From: a candidate division WOR-3 bacterium
GTDB taxonomy: Bacteria; Hydrothermota; Tepidihabitantia; SM23-42
Assembly: GCA_020353055.1 (NCBI GenBank)
Contig: CP070686.1
Coordinates: 638,965-702,964 of the forward strand
Length of the DNA: 64,000 bases
Direction of reading: 5' to 3'
Position numbers and translations under genes: made by a program. Below the pieces are notes generated by a model. The model ran no database searches. It saw nothing but the letters and a program-made list of their open reading frames with translations, and was not told the DNA's origin. Of the stretch, positions 49,586-58,266 are shown in pieces (within the stretch, counting starts at the first letter, position 1; every line of letters starts with the position of its first letter).

Positions 49586-50566
49586 TCAAGAAAATAGTCT
49601 TTCTCGCCTACACCATTCGATTGTACGTTTCACACCTTGTTCAAGCGTGAGAGTCGAGCGAAAGTCCAAAAGCATACGAGCCTTGCTGTTATCTGTGCTA
49701 TGATCTTGGGTCAAGAATCTCACTTTGCTTGTTGTAATTGGAGATTCAACCCCTAAAATTCTATTGTACACCAACTCAAATAAGGCAGCGCCTGAATAGG
49801 CAAGGAAAGAAGGAACTTTACCAGTGGGTAGAGGTACACCGAAGCTTGATGCAATCGTCTTTAAGAAGTATTCCACCGTCACCTGCTCACCGGAGACGTT
49901 GAATATGCTATTGTATGCATGCTTGTTCTCTATACAGCTAATAAAAGCATTAACAGCATCAGTGACGTATGTCGGACTTATGGATGCCTGACCCGTTCCG
50001 ATCAAGTACATCCTGCCAGATTTGATTCGTTTATATAAAGGAACTCTCCTCAAATCGCCAGGTCCGTACACGAAATCCGGTCTTAAGATCGACCATTTTA
50101 TCCGTCTTTCTGCGCATAACTGCATAACCATACATTCGGCTGTGACTTTGGACTTTTCGTACATTCCTGCTGGGCCATAGGGCAAATCCTCCGTTGCCTT
50201 TTTGTAGCCAAACCCTTGAACACCAGGAGTACTACTAAATATGAATTGTTGTACGTCACTTGACACCTCAACCAAATGCCTGGTACCATTAACATTAACA
50301 TTCCAGATATCGCTATCTCTGTTGCTGGAGTCACCGAGCAAAGCAGCAAGGTGAAAAACAACATCTATGTTGTCTGTAATTCCGGCCAGGCTTCGTGGTT
50401 GCGTGATATCGCCGACCACGAACTCAATATGCTTAAGGCCTTTGTGAATTTCGGAGATATTATTGATGTCTCTGACCAAACATCGACAATGATATCCCTT
50501 CTCATCAAGAGTCTCGGTCAAATATCGACCTATGAAACCAGTTGCTCCTGTAACCAGAATTCTCAT
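49586..50566 (-). CDS. NAD-dependent epimerase/dehydratase (extended SDR)
   Basis: MRILVTGATGFIGRYLTETLDEKGYH. YEKSK. Confidence 0.75.
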   Translation of the reverse strand: MRILVTGATGFIGRYLTETLDEKGYHCRCLVRDINNISEIHKGLKHIEFVVGDITQPRSLAGITDNIDVVFHLAALLGDSSNRDSDIWNVNVNGTRHLVEVSSDVQQFIFSSTPGVQGFGYKKATEDLPYGPAGMYEKSKVTAECMVMQLCAERRIKWSILRPDFVYGPGDLRRVPLYKRIKSGRMYLIGTGQASISPTYVTDAVNAFISCIENKHAYNSIFNVSGEQVTVEYFLKTIASSFGVPLPTGKVPSFLAYSGAALFELVYNRILGVESPITTSKVRFLTQDHSTDNSKARMLLDFRSTLTLEQGVKRTIEWCRRERLFS

Positions 50567-51702
50567 GCCCTGACAAAATCTTGTTCAATCGAGTTGGTCA
50601 GATTCTCCCATGAGAACAGATGGCCGTCTTTCGATATGTTCTTCCTAAATGTTCGCAGCAAGTCATTATCGAAGCACCTTATGATTGCGTCAGCAAGTAA
50701 TGTAGAATCCTCGGGTGGTACAATCAAACCACGCCTCCCATTCTCTACCACGTACGGTAAATCACCGGTTGCCGTTGCTACGACAGGTTTGTTGAATCCA
50801 AATGCGATTTGGGTTACGCCGCTTCCAGTGGCCGTCACATAAGGCAAAACGACGACGTCGCAAGCAGAAAAATAGAGAAACACATCTTCATTGGGGATAT
50901 ACTCGTCGAGGATAAGAACATGATCAGCGACGTCGAATCTATGAATCATGTCAACAATCAAATCCTTCTCTTGCCAGAATTCTCCAGCGATGACTAAACA
51001 TAGATCGGGTATTTCTTTGATCACCCTGGGCATTGCTTCAATCAAATACCTTAAACCCTTGTATGGACGCACGATGCCGAAGAACAATAGAACTTTCTTG
51101 AATTCCGGTTCGATACCCAATCTCTGCCTAGCTTCACCGCGTTTTATTCGTTCACGGTTGAAGAACTTATATGTCGGATGAAAATTAAGTTTGATAACGG
51201 CGTGCGGGAAAAGTTGCTTGAGTCTATCATAATCATCTTGCGAGTGAGCAATATAAAAATCGCCACTGGTGAGCGCAAATTTCGACAAAAAATTCCGCCA
51301 GAAATTGGGCTCGTGTTCAATAACATTATGACATATATACAGGATCTTTGCACCGCTCCGAATCCGCGACAGCTGCGCAATGATCCAAAATGGCACTACC
51401 CAACCCCACATCCACCAAGCGAAGATCACAATAACTGGCGAGAAATCCGTGATAACCCTTGCCGCCTTTACCCATGATACCGGATTTGCCCAATCGATAA
51501 TTGGCAGAGCGTCATCTATCGACAGCTTGATTCTACTCTTATCACATCCGGGATCTCCTGGGTACAGTAACGCTGGGTACTGTCTGCTAAACGTCAGGAA
51601 CTTGACCCTATGCTTTTTCCGCAGTTGGAGACACAGAAGCGTTGAATAATGCGCAATGCCCCCCTTGAACGGGTAGGTAGGACCGACTAGTACGATATTC
51701 AT
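50563..51702 (-). CDS. Glycosyltransferase family 4
   Basis: VVLPYVTATGSGVTQIAFGFNKPVVATATGDLPYVVENG. Confidence 0.75.
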   Translation of the reverse strand: MNIVLVGPTYPFKGGIAHYSTLLCLQLRKKHRVKFLTFSRQYPALLYPGDPGCDKSRIKLSIDDALPIIDWANPVSWVKAARVITDFSPVIVIFAWWMWGWVVPFWIIAQLSRIRSGAKILYICHNVIEHEPNFWRNFLSKFALTSGDFYIAHSQDDYDRLKQLFPHAVIKLNFHPTYKFFNRERIKRGEARQRLGIEPEFKKVLLFFGIVRPYKGLRYLIEAMPRVIKEIPDLCLVIAGEFWQEKDLIVDMIHRFDVADHVLILDEYIPNEDVFLYFSACDVVVLPYVTATGSGVTQIAFGFNKPVVATATGDLPYVVENGRRGLIVPPEDSTLLADAIIRCFDNDLLRTFRKNISKDGHLFSWENLTNSIEQDFVRA

Positions 51703-52844
51703 TATGACGAGGAAGCTGTATGGTCAAAGTACCTGGATTCTTCGTGATTGTTCTCGTCGTATTCAAGGAGATAATCCAATACCTTCTCAGATGGAGAACA
51801 TCGGCTTTCCATCATCCAATTGCTCCTGAATGCCCTGAAATTATCTAGAAAATAGGTCACCCGGTCATCATTGAACTCGGCCATGAAGATATTGTGACCC
51901 TGTCCTTCCTGCCGTTCGGTCCTTTTTCTCAAAACCAAACAGGGTATATTCAGGTAATAACTCTCTTCTTGAATACTGCCACCATCGGTCACCAAGAATT
52001 CGGCACCGCTGATCAAATGAATAAAATCGGCATGTTCAAGCAGAGGTCGTAATTCTATGTTTTCTGTCCCTGTGAGCACCCTGTCAAGATGAAATCGCTT
52101 CAATTGCTTCGTGGTGGGTTCGTGCATCACCCAAACCAATGACCATGATTTTGAGATTCTGACAAGTAAATCGATAACATACCGCATCTTCTTCTTATTG
52201 AGTATTGTCTCAACCCGGTGTACAGTGGCGACCACAAACTTGCCTCGAGGTCTTGGACAATCGCTGCCTCGCGCCAGGGCATAACGCGTCGACTCTATAT
52301 TTGTATTGGCTCCCAGATTAATGATCTTGCCCTTGACATTCATCCTGGTTAGATTACTACAGGCCCAATACGAGGGCGCGAACAAAATATCAGCGAATTT
52401 CATTGTTACAACTCTGATAAGCTCCTCAGGAAAGGGATTTGAATAACTGAAAGACCGCAAACCGGCTTCAATATGAGCAACTGTTAATCCGGCTCTCTTC
52501 GCCAAGACCAATGAGATCAAAGTAGATGGCGTATCACCATGAATTACACAAATGCCGCGCTTATTGACAAAGATATTCTTCAATACCCAGTGCGGTGCAA
52601 AACACGCAAGCAAGATATATTTCAACCCCCACAAAAGAGCGTGAAAAACTCTGGCGATATCCTTGCCCTTTCTCAAATAAACGTCCGGGTCCCGTAAGCC
52701 CAATTCCCTTCTCAGTTTTCCTGACAAGCAGGCATGTTGTCCGGAATCCACCAGATTGTAGTCAATACCATGAAGGTCCAGTTTTCTCAACAGCGGTGCC
52801 GTTTTGATATACTGGGCTTTTGTACCAATGAAAATATGAATCAC
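51702..52844 (-). CDS. UDP-N-acetylglucosamine 2-epimerase family protein (WbpI/NeuC-like paralog)
   Basis: MIHIFIGTKAQYIKTAPLL...VIHGDTPSTLISLVLAKRAGLTVAHIEAGLRSF. Confidence 0.7.
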   Translation of the reverse strand: MIHIFIGTKAQYIKTAPLLRKLDLHGIDYNLVDSGQHACLSGKLRRELGLRDPDVYLRKGKDIARVFHALLWGLKYILLACFAPHWVLKNIFVNKRGICVIHGDTPSTLISLVLAKRAGLTVAHIEAGLRSFSYSNPFPEELIRVVTMKFADILFAPSYWACSNLTRMNVKGKIINLGANTNIESTRYALARGSDCPRPRGKFVVATVHRVETILNKKKMRYVIDLLVRISKSWSLVWVMHEPTTKQLKRFHLDRVLTGTENIELRPLLEHADFIHLISGAEFLVTDGGSIQEESYYLNIPCLVLRKRTERQEGQGHNIFMAEFNDDRVTYFLDNFRAFRSNWMMESRCSPSEKVLDYLLEYDENNHEESRYFDHTASSS

Positions 52845-52869
52845 ATCAGGTTGATCAGAACAACATTCA

Positions 52870-53976
52870 TTAATTGTAATGTAACACCGTATTTATGGTT
52901 CTGAGCGTATAGGTATTGACCAACGAGGCTGCCAGTAGTTCCCAGCCGTGCAAACTACGCACCTTGCATTTGCTGCAACAGGTTATTGCCGCCCTGGCAT
53001 CCGCGATATGTCGACTTCTGAATTCGACAAAATCACTCCCACCCCACACATCCGAAATAGTTTGCCTGTTCAAATCACCAAGGACACATTGCTTATCATA
53101 AATGTAATGGCAAGGAACAACCGTGCCGTCCCAGAATACACTCAGGTGGCGCCAGAGACGATCACAAGGCAGCACACTTCCTGCGTTCGTATTGCTTTTG
53201 TAAGAACTGAGCATATTAATTGCATCAACATCACCCGTCCATGTCATGAGCGGCTTGAGATGCACCTGTATGCCTCTATTGGTCCAGTAATCGGTGAATC
53301 TCTTTATCTCACGCGCGTTATCCTGCATCTCAATAAGTTGCACTACAACATGCCTGGGAGAAGCGGAGGTCCTATTTCTCAAAAAAGTCTCGACATTGCT
53401 CAAGACTTTTCCGTAATTTATGCTGCCCCTGATGCGCGAATAGGTTGCTGCGGTAATACCATCCAGACTTATGGTGAGAAAATCAATATGTGAATCGATC
53501 AACGAACGAGAAATACTTTCATTAAGCGGTATGCCGTTTGTTGAAAGGGCAACATACATACCGGCTGCTTTGCAGTATCTTATCATCTCACAGATTTGAG
53601 GGTGCAACAATGGCTCACCGAACAAATATAACTCAACATAGTCAATTTTACCCCTCGCTTGATCTATTATTCTTCTGAACAACGAGAAATCCATAAACCC
53701 AAGATCGCGCTTCATATGCAATCGCGGGCACATTTTACATTTGAGATTACACTTGTTTGTCACCTCCAAATGAAGAATAACGGGAAACCCCCGAATGCGT
53801 GGACGGCGACGTATATAGCTGGTCATGATCCTGCTTCTATTTCTCAACGCATTCAAATTAATTGCTTCCCTATCGATGAGTCTTACGATTTTTGTGAGTT
53901 TTTTCAGCACAATATGCCTATACCCTTGAAGATTCCAAATCCATGACGTCAAAATACTGTGTAACTGCACATGCAA
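52870..53976 (-). CDS. Radical SAM / SPASM-domain enzyme
   Basis: VTNKCNLKCKMC (CxxxCxxC). C-terminal VVPCHYIYDKQC...AITCCSKCKV is typical of a SPASM auxiliary cluster. Confidence 0.7.
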   Translation of the reverse strand: MHVQLHSILTSWIWNLQGYRHIVLKKLTKIVRLIDREAINLNALRNRSRIMTSYIRRRPRIRGFPVILHLEVTNKCNLKCKMCPRLHMKRDLGFMDFSLFRRIIDQARGKIDYVELYLFGEPLLHPQICEMIRYCKAAGMYVALSTNGIPLNESISRSLIDSHIDFLTISLDGITAATYSRIRGSINYGKVLSNVETFLRNRTSASPRHVVVQLIEMQDNAREIKRFTDYWTNRGIQVHLKPLMTWTGDVDAINMLSSYKSNTNAGSVLPCDRLWRHLSVFWDGTVVPCHYIYDKQCVLGDLNRQTISDVWGGSDFVEFRSRHIADARAAITCCSKCKVRSLHGWELLAASLVNTYTLRTINTVLHYN

Positions 53977-54002
53977 GCATCAAGTCACCCGAAATATTCT
54001 TA

Positions 54003-54950
54003 CTAAGGTAGGAGCTCTTTCTTCCTATAATAGTAGAGCAACTTCTCGATCAACTTACGGTTGTCAGCTATCAGATCTGCAACTATTCCAAGGAGGAAGA
54101 GTATGAAGGAAATGATAACCAGTATGGCAGCGAAGATCAGCGATTGTATGTGGCCTGTCGCTTGCTCAGGTATCAGTATGAAGAAATACAAAAAACGTAA
54201 TCCAAGCAGGAGACCTGGGACTAGAAATAGGAAACCGAGATATGTGAACGTCTTCAAAGCCTTATACATCGCGTAAGATCTTATTATTGTCTGAATTTGA
54301 CTGGCCATGAAGTGAAGAGTTCCCCTGTGCAATCTTGATGCTCTTAACGGAACATTAGTGCCCACGGGGACAGATATCACTCTGAACTTTTCAGCACCCA
54401 ACTGAATAAGATTCTCGACCGTATAGGAAAACTCACTCATAATATTGATCCGCATTGCAGATTCCCTTGAATAAGCCCTAAAGCCGCTTACCGCATCACT
54501 TATATCTACATTTGATAACCGCCTCACCAGCGCACTGCCGACTTTTTGAAGCAACTTTTTCGAAGGCGAGAATGTCGATATCCTGCTTGTCTGTCTGTCA
54601 CCGATGACGATATCAGCCTCGTGGTTTAGAATGGGTTTAACTAGTCTGGGGATATTCTCACCACTATACTGATTATCCGCATCGGTATTGACAATTATGT
54701 CTGCGCCCAACTCCAGGCACTTTTCTATGCCTGCTGCGAACGCCCGTGCCAAACCCCTGTTATACTTGAAAGAAAGAATATGTTGAACCCCATTCTGCCG
54801 TGCAACTTCAACCGTACGGTCGGTACTGCCATCATCGATGACCAAGATTTCAATCTCATGAATACCCGGGATACTCGCGGGTAGATCATCCAGTGTCTCT
54901 TTTAAACACTTCTCCTCGTTGTAACAGGGTATTTGTATTATCAATTTCAT
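54003..54950 (-). CDS. Polyprenyl-phosphate glycosyltransferase-like GT2 (DPM1/ArnC-like) with C-terminal TM helices
   Basis: MKLIIQIPCYNEEKCL...LVIDDGSTDRT...NTDADNQY. Two hydrophobic helices at the C-terminus. Confidence 0.75.
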   Translation of the reverse strand: MKLIIQIPCYNEEKCLKETLDDLPASIPGIHEIEILVIDDGSTDRTVEVARQNGVQHILSFKYNRGLARAFAAGIEKCLELGADIIVNTDADNQYSGENIPRLVKPILNHEADIVIGDRQTSRISTFSPSKKLLQKVGSALVRRLSNVDISDAVSGFRAYSRESAMRINIMSEFSYTVENLIQLGAEKFRVISVPVGTNVPLRASRLHRGTLHFMASQIQTIIRSYAMYKALKTFTYLGFLFLVPGLLLGLRFLYFFILIPEQATGHIQSLIFAAILVIISFILFLLGIVADLIADNRKLIEKLLYYYRKKELLP

Positions 54951-55053
54951 ACAAGATCCTAATACTGACTTACTTTTTAGCTTTGATAAAGCAATCTCAC
55001 AGAAGATGTCGCCTTACTGGAGATCCCCAGACCAAATCACCCGGTGCCGTAAT

Positions 55054-56736
55054 CTACTTGATCTCTACAACTCGCTCTTCCTGCTTTGTATACCTGCGCG
55101 AACATTTTCGGCACACCGCGCCATTGTCGCCAAATGTCAATTTGTTCCCGCATTCGCACACCCAGCCGATGTGCTTAGCCGGTACCCCAGCCACGATCGC
55201 ATAGTCGGGAACATTATGTTTGACCACTGCTCCGGCACCAACAAGAGCACAGCGGCCAATCGTAACTCCACAGATGATCGTCGAATTAGCCCCGATCGAT
55301 GCTCCCTCTTTGACAAGTGTTGGAACCCATTTACCGAATTCCGGGTAGAGCCGCTTCGGGTATCTGGCGCGCGGGTTGATATCATTGGTAAACGCCGCTG
55401 ACGGGCCGACAAATACATAGTCTTCCAATGTTACTAAATCCCAGACATCTATGTTGGATTCAAGTTTCACCCCATTTCCCAGACGTGCCTTCGAACCAAC
55501 AAAACAGTTGTGCCCGATTATGCAGTTCTCACCGATTTGAGCTCCGGCTTGAACCTGCGCGTTATTCCATATCTTACTTCCTCGGCCGATCCTCGCCTTA
55601 TCAGCAACAATAGCGGTCGGATGTACAGAAACGTCTTCGCGCAGCGCTCGAGCGCTTTTCTTCGTATCGAACGTGACTTTGAGACCATTGTTGTTAAGCG
55701 AATTCTGTGCACTATAGAGAAACGTAAGCACGTTCAACCCTTCTTGGCCATCGGTATAAGGAGTCCATCCGTTCTCTATACACTCGATGAAATGCTGGCA
55801 TTCCAGTCTCAACGGCTCCTCCATCTGGACTGGAACAACCTCGGCATCCGCCTTGCGTGCTATCGGAGCGCGGTTTTGCCATTCGATCTTGTGTGGGTAC
55901 AGGAAGAGTTTCTCGGTTGTCAGGTCATCAAACACCGCCATTTTACGATCGCCGACTACGACCAGTTTCTGCTCTTTATACGGATGCAACCATGAGACAA
56001 ATATATGGCACTGCACACCGCTCGGAAAATCCATCGTCGTAAGAGTGACGTCAGCGATCCCTTTCTGAACATACGTGCCGCCGATGGCAGACAGCGAACT
56101 CGGTTGCTCGTTGAGTAGATAAAGAATCACCGAAATATCATGTGGGGCAAAACTCCAGAGTATATTCTCAGCATCCCTAATCTTACCGATATTCAACCGG
56201 TTTGAATAGATATACTGTATCTTGCCCAGTTCACCATTATCGACTAGTTCCTTCAGTTTATTCATCGCCGGATGGTACCGCAGAACGTGCCCGACCATTA
56301 TCACACGCTCGTTATCCTCGGCCAGTTTAATAAGCTCTTCAGCCTCCTCGACCTTCAACGCAAGAGGCTTCTCGACAAACAGATGCCGCTTGGCAGCGAG
56401 CACTTTCTTCGACAATTCGTAATGGCTCTTTGCTGGTGTTGCTACAACCACGCCATTGATCTCCGGGTCATTCAGAATATCATCAAGCGATTCTGTGCAA
56501 TTAATGTTAGGATAAGTGACCCTGCACGACCTCACGCTACTCGAATTGACATCGCAAACGGCTCTTAAGACACCAAGTTGGGCAAAATTGCGTACTAGAT
56601 TCTTACCCCAGCCGCCCATACCTACGACACCGATGCGCGCTGGCGTGCGCTGATCCAAAGTCGCATATTGTGCGCTGCTTTCACGTATCGTGTGTTCTAC
56701 ATTCTCCGCCATATTGACACCCCCTAATCCCTTCAA
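55054..56736 (-). CDS. Bifunctional Gfo/Idh/MocA oxidoreductase (WbpB-like) fused to hexapeptide N-acetyltransferase (WbpD-like) with C-terminal CxC...CxxC zinc-ribbon tail
   Basis: N-terminal half: [18 protein letters not shown] and FVEKPLAL. C-terminal half: hexapeptide repeats [40 protein letters not shown]. Tail [24 protein letters not shown]. Confidence 0.75.
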   Translation of the reverse strand: MKGLGGVNMAENVEHTIRESSAQYATLDQRTPARIGVVGMGGWGKNLVRNFAQLGVLRAVCDVNSSSVRSCRVTYPNINCTESLDDILNDPEINGVVVATPAKSHYELSKKVLAAKRHLFVEKPLALKVEEAEELIKLAEDNERVIMVGHVLRYHPAMNKLKELVDNGELGKIQYIYSNRLNIGKIRDAENILWSFAPHDISVILYLLNEQPSSLSAIGGTYVQKGIADVTLTTMDFPSGVQCHIFVSWLHPYKEQKLVVVGDRKMAVFDDLTTEKLFLYPHKIEWQNRAPIARKADAEVVPVQMEEPLRLECQHFIECIENGWTPYTDGQEGLNVLTFLYSAQNSLNNNGLKVTFDTKKSARALREDVSVHPTAIVADKARIGRGSKIWNNAQVQAGAQIGENCIIGHNCFVGSKARLGNGVKLESNIDVWDLVTLEDYVFVGPSAAFTNDINPRARYPKRLYPEFGKWVPTLVKEGASIGANSTIICGVTIGRCALVGAGAVVKHNVPDYAIVAGVPAKHIGWVCECGNKLTFGDNGAVCRKCSRRYTKQEERVVEIK

Positions 56737-56836
56737 ATTTCACATATGATTATTATATAATGTACACAAGTCCCCTTTCAACGAGAAAACATTATCTGGG
56801 TTTCTCATTGCAAGTATACAATGAAACATATACATA

Positions 56837-57955
56837 TCAGTTGTTATAAAATTCTCTGACACATTTGATTACGTACTCGACTTCAGTATCCGTTAGATCC
56901 TGCTGAATGGGCAATGAAAGGACTTCGGCTGCGGCCTTTTCCGCGATTGGAAAGTCACCTACTTTGTAGCCGAGATACTTAAACGCTGGTTGCACATGTA
57001 AGGGAACCGGATAATGAATTGCAGTTGCTATGCCTTTCTCATTGAGATATTTTGCCAACTCATCCCGTCTTGCTGCTCTGATCGTATACTGGTGGTATAC
57101 GGATTCATTATCTTCCCTAATAAAGGGCGTGGCCACAACATCTCTCAGGGCATCGTCATATTTCTTGGCAATACGGCGCCTTTGTGCGTTCCAGTTGTCG
57201 AGATACTTCAATTTTATTCTGAGAAATGCTGCCTGCATTGCGTCAAGGCGGTCATTATGCCCCAAAAAATCATGGTGATATTTCTTAGACGCTCCGTGAA
57301 CACGGTAAGCCCTGATCTTAGTAGCAAGATTCCCATCATTGGTCAGGATCATGCCGGCATCTCCGAGCGCATTGAGATTCTTGGTAACATAGAAACTGAT
57401 ACAAGCAGTATCGCCGAAATTACCAACCATTTGTCCATTGTATTTTGCACCAATGGCCTGCGCCATATCTTCGATCACCTTCAGTCTGTGATCCTGAGCA
57501 ACACGCATTATCCTCGTCATATCAGCTGCCTGGCCGTATAGATGGACCGGCATAATAGCCCTGGTACGGGCTGAAACACATTCCTTTATGCTGCCTGCGT
57601 CGATATTGAATGTTTTCCGATCAATATCACAGAAAACAGGTTTGGCACCGACCAGAGCGATAACCTCTGCCGTCGCCACGAAAGTAAACGGAGTCGTTAT
57701 GACCTCATCGCCCGGTCCGATACCCAACGCCCTCAGTGATAGCAGGAGAGCATTAGTGCAATTCGACACACCTATTGCGTGTTTGGTTTTGGCATATGAA
57801 GCTATCTCTTCTTCGAATTTCCTCACCTCATCACTGAGAATGAATTTATTGCTATCCAAGACTCTCTCAAACGCTTGCATCAAGTCATTCTTTATAGGTT
57901 TGTGCTGCCGTTCAAGATCTATGAATGGAACCTTCATGAACCTCCTTTCAACCAT
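56837..57955 (-). CDS. DegT-family aminotransferase (WbpE-like UDP-2-acetamido-3-oxo-uronate aminotransferase)
   Basis: MKVPFIDLERQHKPIKNDLMQAFERVLDSNKFILSDEV...VSNCTNALLLSL. Confidence 0.8.
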   Translation of the reverse strand: MVERRFMKVPFIDLERQHKPIKNDLMQAFERVLDSNKFILSDEVRKFEEEIASYAKTKHAIGVSNCTNALLLSLRALGIGPGDEVITTPFTFVATAEVIALVGAKPVFCDIDRKTFNIDAGSIKECVSARTRAIMPVHLYGQAADMTRIMRVAQDHRLKVIEDMAQAIGAKYNGQMVGNFGDTACISFYVTKNLNALGDAGMILTNDGNLATKIRAYRVHGASKKYHHDFLGHNDRLDAMQAAFLRIKLKYLDNWNAQRRRIAKKYDDALRDVVATPFIREDNESVYHQYTIRAARRDELAKYLNEKGIATAIHYPVPLHVQPAFKYLGYKVGDFPIAEKAAAEVLSLPIQQDLTDTEVEYVIKCVREFYNN

Positions 57956-58180
57956 CCTCTAATATATTCCTTAGAAACATCATCAAATCACACAACCCTA
58001 AGGCAACATTCAATGCCTCATCTCAAGAACACCCTGGCTCTATCAAGGATGTCTGGACAGGCTACCGCCCTTGTCAGACGCGGACAATTCAGGTTGTACG
58101 GCGGCGAAAATGTACTTCGCACAGCCATCGTCCGTTTTCTGACCACCTGAGGCATGATAGAAGAGCCTTAAGTGTATCAT

Positions 58181-58228
58181 TATGCTAAAAGAAAAGTTAT
58201 CAGCGGTCACCAAAACATTTTGACCGCT
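58181..58228 (-). terminator. Candidate intrinsic terminator/attenuator between wzc and the downstream biosynthetic genes
   Basis: Stem AGCGGTCA/TGACCGCT (8 bp, 58202-58209 and 58221-58228) with an 11-nt loop. On the minus strand it is followed 7 nt later by CUUUUCUUUU. It lies in the 310-nt gap between wzc (stop 58267) and the DegT gene (start 57955). Confidence 0.35.
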
Positions 58229-58266
58229 ATCAGATATCTATCAAAAGAGCAATGACCCATTTCCCT

